From contig JAEYPE010000084.1 of NCBI GenBank assembly GCA_023411035.1, positions 132-64,131 on the forward strand: DNA of 64,000 bases, in the 5' to 3' direction. The translations under genes were made by a program, and so were the position numbers. The DNA is from Pseudomonadota bacterium (GTDB lineage Bacteria; Pseudomonadota; Alphaproteobacteria; Azospirillales; Azospirillaceae). Shown here in pieces: positions 20,659 through 29,631 of the stretch; the stretch's first letter is position 1, and each line of letters begins with the position of its first letter. The notes under the pieces were generated by a model. The model made no database searches and was not told the origin of the DNA. It saw nothing but the letters and a program-made list of their open reading frames with translations.

Positions 20659-21297
20659 TCAGGCAGCCTGTTTCCGTTCGTCGGCCCAGGCGCGGGCCGT
20701 GGCCGGGCGGCCTTCGGCGTCGATCAGGCCGCGGGCGAAGAGTTCCTCGACATGGCGGATGAAGAAGGCGGCGGTGCTGTCCCGCTCCCAGCTTTCCATC
20801 CAGTTCTGTTCCAGGAAGGCGAGGATCGCCGGCTGGCCCAGCTCCGCTTCCCACAGCACGCCCAGCAGGGAGGTCTGCTGCTCCTCGTGCATGCATTCCT
20901 CGAAGGTCAGCGTCTGCTGGCTGCGCGCTTCCTTGCGCAGCGTCGTCTCCGGCCCCGGCCCCAGCCCGAAGTCGTAGAGAGCGCGGCGCTCCGGCGCGGC
21001 GACCAGCCAGTGGGCGACCTCATGCACGATGACCGTGGATTCCACGTCGGTGCGGATGACCGCGCCGTCCCACATGAAGGAGGCGTTCGGCGGCTCGTCC
21101 AGCGTGCCGATCCCGTGGGCGTGGGCCAGCCGCACCGCCTCGGCGCGCTGCTCCGGCGTGTCCACGCCGCCGGGCACCGGCCATGTGGCGGCGATGCGCC
21201 GGAAGGCGGCGAGGGGCAGGGGCTTGCCGGCCAGCAGGCGCTCGAAGGTCGCCAGGGCCTCCGGCATCGTCTCGGCCGGGATCGGGGTCAGGATCAT
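20659..21297 (-). CDS. HExxH-motif protein of unknown function (possible EpmC/DUF462-like)
   Basis: 212 aa and cytoplasmic. VHEVAHWLVAAPERRALYDFGLGPGPE resembles, from memory, the IHEISHW...RRELVDFGYW region of E. coli EF-P hydroxylase YfcM/EpmC. This assignment is unverified. Confidence 0.45.
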   Translation of the reverse strand: MILTPIPAETMPEALATFERLLAGKPLPLAAFRRIAATWPVPGGVDTPEQRAEAVRLAHAHGIGTLDEPPNASFMWDGAVIRTDVESTVIVHEVAHWLVAAPERRALYDFGLGPGPETTLRKEARSQQTLTFEECMHEEQQTSLLGVLWEAELGQPAILAFLEQNWMESWERDSTAAFFIRHVEELFARGLIDAEGRPATARAWADERKQAA

Positions 21298-21360
21298 GAT
21301 GGGAAAGGCAGTCCGGGGTCCGCAACAGCCCCTATTTGCCCAACAGGGCCGGCGCGGTGC

Positions 21361-21401
21361 AAGGAAAACCCCTCTTCCATCGTCGTCAGACGGAAGAGGG
21401 G
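21361..21401 (-). terminator. rho-independent terminator after the MCP gene
   Basis: On the minus strand: CCCCTCTTCC-(13 nt)-GGAAGAGGGG followed by TTTTCCTT. Confidence 0.75.
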
Positions 21402-21415
21402 GTGGGAAAAGGCCG

Positions 21416-23425
21416 TCAGGCGGCCCGCATGTCGGACAGGAAGCGGGAGACGAAGCCGCGCAGGCCCTCCGCCTCGCCGGTCAGCCCGTCGGCGGCGTTC
21501 AGCACCTGGCGGGAGGCGTCGCCCGTGGCTTCCGCCGCCTGGGTGACGCCGGCGATGTTGCCGGACACCTCCTGCGTGCCGCGGGCGGCCTGCTGGACGT
21601 TGCGGCTGATCTCCTGCGTGGCGGCTCCCTGTTCCTCCACCGCGGAGGCGATGGTGGTGGAGATGTGGCTGATCTCGCCGATCACGCGGCCGATCTCGGC
21701 GATGGCGGCGGCGGCCTCGCGGCTGACCTGCTGGATGCCGGCGATCTGGCCGGAGATGTCCTCCGTTGCCTTGGCGGTCTGGTTGGCGAGGTTCTTGACC
21801 TCCGACGCCACAACGGCGAAGCCCTTGCCGGCCTCGCCCGCGCGGGCGGCTTCGATGGTGGCGTTCAGCGCCAGCAGGTTGGTCTGGCTGGCGATGTCGT
21901 TGATGAGCTGCACCACCTCGCCGATGCGCTGGGCGGCATCGACCAGCCCGCGGACGGTGGCGTCGGTCCGCTCGGCGGTGCTGACCGCCTGCCCGGCGAT
22001 GCTGTTGCTCTGGGCGACCTGCCGGCTGATTTCCTGGATGGAACTGGACAGCTCCTCCGCGGCGGCGGCGACGGTCTCCACGTTGGCGGTCGCCTGGGTG
22101 GAGGCGGCGGCGACGGCGCTGGCCTGCCGGGTGGTCTGCTCCGCGGTGGCCGACATGCCCTGGGCGGTGCTGTTGAGCTGCGTCGCGGCGGCGGAGACGC
22201 GGGACAGCACGTCCATCACCATCCGGTCGAACTCGCGGGTCAGGGCGTCGATCCGCTCCGACCGCTCGCGGCGGGCGGCATGCTCGGCGGCCTGCTGGGC
22301 GGTCAGACGGTCGGCCTCGATCAGGCTGTGCTTGAAGACCTCCACGGCCTTGGCCATGCCGCCGATCTCGTCGCCGCGCTCCAGGCCGGGCACGTCCACC
22401 CGGCGGTCGCCGCCGGCCAGACGGGTCATGACGTCGGTCATCGACACGATGGGGCGCGACAGGCCACGCCCGATCAGCAGGGCGGAGATCAGCCCCAGCA
22501 GGACGGCGACCGTGGCGGCGGCGGTGGTCATCGTCCGGGCCCGGTCGATGTTCCCGGTGGCGGTGGTGCCGAGTTCCGCCTGCTGGCGGGCGCTGGCGTC
22601 GCGCAACTGCTCCACCCGCGCGTTGACGGTCGGGCCGAGCGTCTCCAGCACCCGCGAGACCAGTTCGTCGCGCTTGGTGGTGGCGTCGGTCACCTTTTCG
22701 AACTGGCCGGAGTAGACGCGCTGGTAAGCCAGGAAGGACGTGGCGCCCCGGCGCCGTTCCAGCACCGTCAGCTTGGCGAGCATCGCGTTGCCGCGGTTCC
22801 GCGCGTCCTGAAGCTCCTTGCGGAAGTTGTCGGCGCTTTCCGCCGAGCCGTCGGTCAGGAAGCGGTTGGCGTGGTTGCGGGCGGCCAGGAAGTGGCGGGC
22901 GGCCATGCCGGCCTGATAGGCGGCTTCGGTGTCGCCGTCCTCATAGGCGCTGTCCATGACGGTGCTCAGCGCCTTCTCCATCTTGGCCCCGAGATCCAGA
23001 AGCTCCGCCGCCGCCTCGTTCCGCATGGCCTGGAACTCCATGATCTGGGCGAAGGCGTCCCGGTACCGCTTCACCTCTTCGGCCATCTGGGTCACCGTGC
23101 GGTTCAGCGCGGGTTCGGTGAACAGGGCCTTGGCCTCCTCGATCTGCACGCCGACGGTGGCGGACAGGGTGTCCACGGCGTGGGCGGCCTCCTCGTTGCC
23201 GCTCAGCAGGAAGGTCTTCGCCTGGAGTTGCGTCTCCAGCATCGTCGCCTGGATGCGCCCGACCTCCGTGGTCTGGCGGGCCAGCGTCTGATAGGTGGCG
23301 AAACCGTCCTTCGCGTCCGTCAGGGCGTACACTCCGACGCCGCCGATGGCGACCAGGAAGAGAAGGACGCCGGCGTTCGCGGCGGTGATCTTGGTTCCGA
23401 CCCGCAGATGGTTGAGCAGGCTCAT
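21416..23425 (-). CDS. methyl-accepting chemotaxis protein
   Basis: N-terminal TM helix, a periplasmic helical domain, a second TM helix and a HAMP domain. The highly conserved signalling hairpin is [31 protein letters not shown]. Confidence 0.9.
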   Translation of the reverse strand: MSLLNHLRVGTKITAANAGVLLFLVAIGGVGVYALTDAKDGFATYQTLARQTTEVGRIQATMLETQLQAKTFLLSGNEEAAHAVDTLSATVGVQIEEAKALFTEPALNRTVTQMAEEVKRYRDAFAQIMEFQAMRNEAAAELLDLGAKMEKALSTVMDSAYEDGDTEAAYQAGMAARHFLAARNHANRFLTDGSAESADNFRKELQDARNRGNAMLAKLTVLERRRGATSFLAYQRVYSGQFEKVTDATTKRDELVSRVLETLGPTVNARVEQLRDASARQQAELGTTATGNIDRARTMTTAAATVAVLLGLISALLIGRGLSRPIVSMTDVMTRLAGGDRRVDVPGLERGDEIGGMAKAVEVFKHSLIEADRLTAQQAAEHAARRERSERIDALTREFDRMVMDVLSRVSAAATQLNSTAQGMSATAEQTTRQASAVAAASTQATANVETVAAAAEELSSSIQEISRQVAQSNSIAGQAVSTAERTDATVRGLVDAAQRIGEVVQLINDIASQTNLLALNATIEAARAGEAGKGFAVVASEVKNLANQTAKATEDISGQIAGIQQVSREAAAAIAEIGRVIGEISHISTTIASAVEEQGAATQEISRNVQQAARGTQEVSGNIAGVTQAAEATGDASRQVLNAADGLTGEAEGLRGFVSRFLSDMRAA

Positions 23426-23825
23426 GGTCGGGAGGCTCCGGATGAGGCTGATGGTTTAGACATGAAACATGACAGCGCCGGGTTACCAATACATTAAGTG
23501 TGCCAACAACATCTGGCGCCGCAGCACGGGTGGGAGCGGGCACCCGCCCCGCCGTTCGGGATGCTCTCATCCTTCCGGGTTCTAGCGGTTTTGCGGGGGG
23601 GTGGAATATTTGTCCTGCCCGCGGCGTTAGCCCACAGCGACGGGCCGTTCCGGCGCCTGTTCCAGCGGCGTGCTGGTCACGGCTTGGGCCGTGGATGATC
23701 ACTATAGAGGCGTTTTGCTCATCCCCATGTATCGTGCTATACGCCAAAGGGCTAAGCGCCCCGCCGGGGACGCCTGCTCGGAACCCACCGTCCCGGCTCG
23801 TGATGATCTGACCCAACGGCCGGCC

Positions 23826-24932
23826 ATGTCCCTGACCGACGCGCCCACCCTGGTGGCTTCCCCCTCTGCCGGTCCAACTCTTGCCGGTGATGCCGCTTCC
23901 TCATCGAAGCCGTCGCGCTCCGCCCGCGTGAAGCGGGGACGTTTGTCGGTGGTGATCCCCTTCTACAACGAAGGCCCCAACATCGCGGCGCTGTTCGAAC
24001 GGCTGGTGCTGGTGCTCGACCGGCTGGACGCGGAGTGGGAGGTGGTCTGCGTCAACGACGGCAGCCGCGACGACACGCTGGACCGCCTGCTGGACGTGCA
24101 CGACGGCGACCCGCGGGTGAAGGTGGTGGACCTGTCGCGCAATTTCGGCAAGGAACTGGCCCTGTCGGCGGGACTGCGCCACACCACCGGCGACGCCGTG
24201 GTGCCGATGGACGCCGACCTGCAACACCCGCCGGAATTGCTGCCCCAGTTCCTCGCCAAATGGCGGGAGGGCTACGACGTGATCGTCGCCGTGCGAAAAG
24301 CGCGGGTGGGGCAGAGCCTGAAGCACCGGATGTTCGCGCGCGCCTTCTACTGGATCTTCGACCACCTGTCGGAGATCCGGCTGCCGCGCGAGGTCGGCGA
24401 CTTCCGGCTGATGGACCGGCGGGTGGTGGACGTCATCAACCGGATGCCGGAGCGCACGCGCTTCATGAAGGGCATCTTCGCCTGGGTCGGCTTCCGTCAG
24501 GCCAGCATCCCCTACGAGCAGGGGGAACGCGCGGGCGGCGAAACGAAATGGGGCTTCCTGAAACTGCTCAGCCTGTCCTTCGACGGGCTGACCGCCTTCT
24601 CCACCTTTCCGCTGCGGGTGTGGAGCCTGGTGGGCATGGCGATTTCCGGCTTCGCCTTCGTCTACATCCTCCTGCGCCTGCTGCGCACCCTGATCTACGG
24701 CATCGACGTGCCCGGCTATGAATCGCTGCTGGCGGCGGTGCTGTTCCTGGGCGGCATCCAGCTTCTCACGCTGGGGATCATCGGCGACTATCTGGGCCGC
24801 GTGTTCAACGAGGTGAAGGGGCGTCCCCTCTACATCGTCCGCTCCGCGCACGGCTTCGAGGACGATACCGCCGCCCCGGCGGCCAATCCGGGGATCTACC
24901 GCCGGCCCGGAACCGAGGACCGCCCCGCATGA
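23826..24932 (+). CDS. GT2 polyprenol-phosphate glycosyltransferase (ArnC/GtrB/DPM1-like)
   Basis: LSVVIPFYNE...VCVNDGSRDDT...PMDADLQHPP (DxD) plus two C-terminal TM helices. The start is placed at ATG 23826 and is uncertain. An ATGA overlap couples it to the next gene. Confidence 0.8.
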   Translation: MSLTDAPTLVASPSAGPTLAGDAASSSKPSRSARVKRGRLSVVIPFYNEGPNIAALFERLVLVLDRLDAEWEVVCVNDGSRDDTLDRLLDVHDGDPRVKVVDLSRNFGKELALSAGLRHTTGDAVVPMDADLQHPPELLPQFLAKWREGYDVIVAVRKARVGQSLKHRMFARAFYWIFDHLSEIRLPREVGDFRLMDRRVVDVINRMPERTRFMKGIFAWVGFRQASIPYEQGERAGGETKWGFLKLLSLSFDGLTAFSTFPLRVWSLVGMAISGFAFVYILLRLLRTLIYGIDVPGYESLLAAVLFLGGIQLLTLGIIGDYLGRVFNEVKGRPLYIVRSAHGFEDDTAAPAANPGIYRRPGTEDRPA

Positions 24933-26638
24933 GCCTGCTGCCGCCCATCGGCCTGAACTCCGGCCTGAATTCCATGGGGGCGGGCGCCGCACCGGCGGAC
25001 GGCCTGCTGTCCCAGCGCCGCGCCGGCGCCCTGTGGGACGACATGGCGCGCGCGCTTCTGCTGTGCCTGATCATCCTCGCCACGCTGACCTTCCGCAATT
25101 ACGGGATCAGCACGGACGAGGAGGTGCAGCACATCTACGGCAAGAAGCTGCTGTCCTTCTACCTGTCCGGCTTCACCGACCGGTCGGCCTTCCATTTCAA
25201 GGATCTGTACCTGTATGGCGGGCTGTTCGATCTGGTCACCGCCCTGCTGGTGCCGATCTCCCCCTTCGAGGAGTACGAGACGCGCCATCTGCTCTGCGCG
25301 CTGGTGGGGGTGCTGGGGATCGCCGGCTGCTGGCGCTACGCGCGGCTGCTGGCCGGTTCGCGGGCGGGTTTCCTGGCGGCGGCGCTGCTGGCGCTGTCGG
25401 GCGTCTATTACGGCGCCATGTTCAACAACACCAAGGACGTGCCCTTCGCCGCGGGCATGGTGTGGACGCTCTATTTCGCCACCCGCATCATCGGCCAGAT
25501 GCCGGCCCCGCGCCGCAGCACGGTGCTGAAGTTCGGCCTTGCGCTGGGCCTTACGCTGTCGATCCGGGTGGGCGCGGTGCTGGCCGGATTCTACCTTGCG
25601 GTGGCGCTGGCGCTCTATGTGGTTCTGGTGGCGTGGCGCGGCGGGCTGGGCGCGGCGCTGGGCGTCACCCGGCGGACCGTCCTGACCCTGCTGCCGGCCA
25701 TTCCACTGGCCTATGGGTTGATGGCGCTTTTCTGGCCGTGGGTGGTGCAGAAACCGCTGAACCTGTTGGTGGCGCTGCGCGTCGTCTCGCATTTTCCCAT
25801 CGACATCCAGACGCTGTTCATGGGGCAGATGGTCAGCTCCGCGGCCCCGCCCGCGCTCTATCTGCCGGTCTATCTGGGGGTGAAGCTGCCGGAGGTGCTG
25901 CTGCTGGGCACCCTGTCCGCGGTTGTGCTGGCGGTCCTGTGGGCGGTGCGCGGCGGTTGGCGTGGCGTGGATGGCGCCTTCGGCGCGGTGCGCTGGGTGC
26001 CGCTGGCCCTGGCGGCCTTCCTGCCGGTGATCCTGTTCATGCTGATGCGCCCGTCCGTCTACAACGGCATCCGCCATTTCCTGTTCGTGGCGCCGCCGAT
26101 GGCCGTCATGGCCGGCATCGCCTTCGACCGGCTGTGGGCCGGAGCCGAAGGGCTGGGCCGGCGTGCGGGGCAGGCGTACGCCGCCGCCGCCATCGCGGTG
26201 GCCGTGCTGTACGCGTGGCAACTCGGCAGCCTGCATCCGAACCAGTACGTCTACTACAACCAGTTCACCGGCGGGATGAAGGGCGCGGATGGCCGGTTCG
26301 AGCTGGATTACTGGGGCAACTCCCAGCATGAGGCTCTGGCCGAGCTGATCGCGCTGGTGGAGCGCGAGAACGGCGGCCATCCGCCGCCGCGGCAGTACAC
26401 CCTGTCGGTCTGCGGCAACACGCTGGCCGTACGCTTCGAATTGCCGCCCTGGCTGAAGCTGGTCAACGGCACCGGCCTGGACTGGCGCAAGGCGGACTTC
26501 TTCATGGCCTTCACCCAGGTGAAGCAGTGCCCCAACCTGCTCGGCGGCCAGCCGATCATCGAGGTCGCCGCCGACGACGTGCCCCTGACCATCGTGAAGG
26601 ACCGCCGCCCGCCGGTGGCGGAGATTCCGAGCGAGTAA
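24929..26638 (+). CDS. GT-C fold membrane glycosyltransferase (ArnT/PMT, GT39/83-like)
   Basis: 569 aa and polytopic. An acidic first-loop motif (ISTDEEVQHIYG) follows TM1. It is translationally coupled to the GT2 gene and has a soluble C-terminal domain. Confidence 0.7.
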   Translation: MSLLPPIGLNSGLNSMGAGAAPADGLLSQRRAGALWDDMARALLLCLIILATLTFRNYGISTDEEVQHIYGKKLLSFYLSGFTDRSAFHFKDLYLYGGLFDLVTALLVPISPFEEYETRHLLCALVGVLGIAGCWRYARLLAGSRAGFLAAALLALSGVYYGAMFNNTKDVPFAAGMVWTLYFATRIIGQMPAPRRSTVLKFGLALGLTLSIRVGAVLAGFYLAVALALYVVLVAWRGGLGAALGVTRRTVLTLLPAIPLAYGLMALFWPWVVQKPLNLLVALRVVSHFPIDIQTLFMGQMVSSAAPPALYLPVYLGVKLPEVLLLGTLSAVVLAVLWAVRGGWRGVDGAFGAVRWVPLALAAFLPVILFMLMRPSVYNGIRHFLFVAPPMAVMAGIAFDRLWAGAEGLGRRAGQAYAAAAIAVAVLYAWQLGSLHPNQYVYYNQFTGGMKGADGRFELDYWGNSQHEALAELIALVERENGGHPPPRQYTLSVCGNTLAVRFELPPWLKLVNGTGLDWRKADFFMAFTQVKQCPNLLGGQPIIEVAADDVPLTIVKDRRPPVAEIPSE

Positions 26639-26766
26639 GCCTTTTTTCTCCGGTCTAACCCGCCCGGCGGCGCCGGTGCCGTTGGCGTGATCTCCGTCCG
26701 CGGGCGTACCGGGGAGCGGGGGCGCTTCCCACTCTCCCCTCAGCGCGTCGGTGACGGAGGCTGGGG

Positions 26767-27951
26767 ATGCTGCGGGGGCCGGTGCTCGGTGTCGTGTCGT
26801 TTCTTGCGCTCACCGTCTGGGCGACGGCCCCGGCCCCGGCGGACGCGGATGCCCCGGATCGTCTGCGGGAGGCGGTGAAGGCGCTGGCCGACCGCCGTCT
26901 GGCGGAGGCCGGGCCGGGCAGCATCGTGGTCGGCGTGATCCGCGACGGGCGCGGCATCGTGGTCGGGCGGGGCGACAGCGGGCGGCCCGACGGCGGCCCG
27001 CCGGACGGGCGGACGCTGTTCCAGATCGCCTCGCTGACCAAGCCCTTCACCGGCACCATCCTGGCCGAACTGATCCGCGCCGGGCGCGTTGCCCCGACCG
27101 ACCCGCTGGCCCGCCACCTGCCCAAGCCGGTTCACGCGCCGGATTTCGACGGCAGGCCGATCCGCCTGCTCGACCTCGCCACCCACACGGCGGGGCTGCC
27201 CAACGTGCCGGAGACTCCGCGCTTTTCCTGGAACCGGCTTGAGGACCCGCGCAACCCCTACAAGCCGCTGACGCGGGAGGAGGTGCGGGCGTGGCTGTCC
27301 GGCTTCAGCCTGCCGGTGCCGCCGGGCACGCGCTTCCGCTATTCCAACGTCGGCATGGCGGTGCTGGGGGAGGCGCTGTCCACCGCCTCCGGCATTTCCT
27401 ACGAAACCCTGCTGAAGCGGGTCGTCACCGACCGGTTCGGGATGAAGGACACCACCCTGGCGCCCGGCGCGGAGCAGCGCGCCCGCAAGGCGGTGGGCCA
27501 CGCCCGCGGTCAGGTGGTGCCGGATTGGGAGGCGCCGGCCATGCAGCCGTCCTTCGGGCTCTATTCCACCGCCGACGATCTGCTGCGCTGGCTGCGCGCC
27601 AACATGGGCGACTGCTCCGGCTCCGGGAGGAGCGCATGCGACGCCGAGACCGCCGCGACGCTGGCGCTTGCCCAGTCGGTGCAGGTGGACGGGCGGGCGC
27701 TGCGCGATCCGGGGGCGCTGGGGCAGGGGGCGATGGCGCTGGGCTGGTTCGTCGCCTGGGCGGCGGACGGCACGCCGATCCTCTGGCATTCCGGGTCCAC
27801 CGGCGGCTTCAACGCCTACATCGCCTTTTCACGCACCCATCGCTGGGCCGCGGTGGCGCTGACCAACAGTGACCCCGACCGCATCGCCGCCGACCGGGTG
27901 GTGGGCGATCTGATCTGGCACTTGGAGAGCATGGCGGCGGACCGCCGGTGA
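26767..27951 (+). CDS. secreted serine hydrolase of the class C beta-lactamase/PBP-like family
   Basis: Signal peptide, SxxK (ASLTK), YxN (YSN) and HSGSTGG box. Confidence 0.8.
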   Translation: MLRGPVLGVVSFLALTVWATAPAPADADAPDRLREAVKALADRRLAEAGPGSIVVGVIRDGRGIVVGRGDSGRPDGGPPDGRTLFQIASLTKPFTGTILAELIRAGRVAPTDPLARHLPKPVHAPDFDGRPIRLLDLATHTAGLPNVPETPRFSWNRLEDPRNPYKPLTREEVRAWLSGFSLPVPPGTRFRYSNVGMAVLGEALSTASGISYETLLKRVVTDRFGMKDTTLAPGAEQRARKAVGHARGQVVPDWEAPAMQPSFGLYSTADDLLRWLRANMGDCSGSGRSACDAETAATLALAQSVQVDGRALRDPGALGQGAMALGWFVAWAADGTPILWHSGSTGGFNAYIAFSRTHRWAAVALTNSDPDRIAADRVVGDLIWHLESMAADRR

Positions 27952-27996
27952 GGGGCGGAGCGTCAGCCGTCAGTGCAGAAGCCGTCAGTTTCGCCG

Positions 27997-28401
27997 TCAG
28001 TGCAGAAGACCGCCGGGCGGGGACAGGATCTCGGACGCCGGTTCGGCGACCGGTCCGGCCTGATGGTGGGCCAGACGCCATTCGCCGTCCTCGCGCACGA
28101 ACAGGTTCGTCGCGGCCAGAACGGCGTTGCCCAGAACCTCCTCGCACAGCACGACCGCGGTGTCGCCGTACAGGCTGACGCGCTCGTTGCGCGCCTGGAC
28201 CGCCGGGCCGCGGGGCGCGCGCAGCACGTCCCGCCAGCTCGAGACCACCGCCTCCCGGCCGAACAGGATGTTCCAGCCGGGATGGATGCAGGACACGGGC
28301 AGGCGGGAGGCCCACAGCCGGTCCATGGCGGGAAAGTCACGCTCGGTGAAGGCCCGGTAGAAAGTCCGGTTCGAGGCCAGCACGGCGTTGCGGTCGGTCA
28401 T
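27997..28401 (-). CDS. NTF2/SnoaL-like (DUF4440-type) small protein
   Basis: MTDRNAVLASNRTFYRAFTERDFPAMDRLWA...VSCIHPGW... is typical of SnoaL-like folds. The start is set to ATG 28401. Confidence 0.65.
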   Translation of the reverse strand: MTDRNAVLASNRTFYRAFTERDFPAMDRLWASRLPVSCIHPGWNILFGREAVVSSWRDVLRAPRGPAVQARNERVSLYGDTAVVLCEEVLGNAVLAATNLFVREDGEWRLAHHQAGPVAEPASEILSPPGGLLH

Positions 28402-28518
28402 GATGAAGCGTGTCTCCGAAACATTCGAATTCGCTTCTATACGGGCAACCGGCTCAGCGGCAAGAGTCGGCGTCATTTATCACAGACGACACCGGCCACG
28501 CAGGCAACGAATCCTGCC

Positions 28519-29502
28519 TCAAGCCTTGATGTCCACCTTCTGGGATGCCTCCGCCGTGGCGCTGCCGCTGTCGTCGGTCAGGCCGGCGATGGGCTGCGAC
28601 AGGTCCAGGTTCAGGTGCATCACGCCGTTGGCGCTCTTGGTCGGGCTCAGCGCGCCGAGGCCGCTCATCCCGCCCTTCGAGGCGATGCTGTTCAGCTTCT
28701 CCAGGACGCCCTTGATCTCGTCCTCGCTGAAGCCTTCCCCACGGACGATCATGCCCGTGGCCTTGCCGGTCGCCTTGGTCGAGGCGGTGGAGAAGCCGAG
28801 GCTGCCCGAGCCGTCGCCGTTCAGCGTGGCCTGAAGGCTGCGGTCCTCACGGGTGAAGTCCAGGGTGGACTTGGCGAAGGAGATGCGGACCGACTTGTCG
28901 CCGTCCTGGATGGTCAGCTCCATCCCGCGGGATTCGATGGACCATTGGGACCGGGATTCCGCCATGCTCATGGACAACTGGCTGAAATCCATGGATTTCA
29001 GCTTGTCCTTCATGGTGCTGCCGAAATCGCCGACCGCGCTCTTCACGTCGTCGTCCGACATGCCCAGCCCGCCGAGCAGGCTGCCGAGGTCGTTCGACAT
29101 GTTGCCGATGGCCTTCTCGAACAGACCGGCGAGGCCCTTGGAGTGGTTCAGGGCGTTCTGCATGATCTGCTCGGCCTGCTTGGCGCGGTCGGCCATGGCC
29201 TGGGCGCCGGACTTGCTGCCGGACCCCGCGGCATCGGACCCCGCCGCGCCGGCATCGGCGTTGGAGCCGTTGGCACCCGCCGCCGGGGCCTTCTTGCCCG
29301 ACAGCGTGTCGAGCAGGGATTCCATGGATTGGCTGATCGTGTAGGCCGGGCTGCTGCTCTTCGCGGGGGCCTGGGAGTCGGTCGTGGTGGCGGCCTTGCC
29401 GCTGTCCGCCGCCTTGCTCTCGGTTGCCTTCTTGGCATTGTTCGCTTGTTGCAGGACCGTGCTGGTCGTCCCATTCGGCCCGGACAGTTCCGAGTAATAC
29501 AT
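28519..29502 (-). CDS. hypothetical S/G/A/K-rich protein; no signal peptide or recognisable domain
   Basis: 327-aa ORF. GC3 is high and native-like throughout the frame, and GGGAGG lies upstream of ATG 29502. I saw no motif I can assign. Confidence 0.6.
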   Translation of the reverse strand: MYYSELSGPNGTTSTVLQQANNAKKATESKAADSGKAATTTDSQAPAKSSSPAYTISQSMESLLDTLSGKKAPAAGANGSNADAGAAGSDAAGSGSKSGAQAMADRAKQAEQIMQNALNHSKGLAGLFEKAIGNMSNDLGSLLGGLGMSDDDVKSAVGDFGSTMKDKLKSMDFSQLSMSMAESRSQWSIESRGMELTIQDGDKSVRISFAKSTLDFTREDRSLQATLNGDGSGSLGFSTASTKATGKATGMIVRGEGFSEDEIKGVLEKLNSIASKGGMSGLGALSPTKSANGVMHLNLDLSQPIAGLTDDSGSATAEASQKVDIKA

Positions 29503-29631
29503 CGCCGCCTCCCGCGCGTGATCGTTTCCGCCGTGAGGATATGATCGTGCCGGACTCCTTTACCAGAAGTTAATGCGCGGCAGTGTTACTGCAACGCCCG
29601 GTCGAAATCCCTTCGCATCCATAGGATTTTA

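Noticed and set aside
19442-20896. 484-aa version of the substrate-binding protein
   Set aside because: The first 96 codons overlap the HExxH gene and lack any signal peptide. ATG 20608 gives a classic signal peptide and has an SD.
21029-23497. 822-aa + strand ORF
   Set aside because: It is antisense to the MCP gene, whose conserved signalling hairpin fixes the coding strand.
24896-26380. 494-aa minus-strand ORF (and 23901..24992)
   Set aside because: Both are antisense to the GT-C and GT2 genes. Their R/H/Q/G-rich composition is unlike real proteins.
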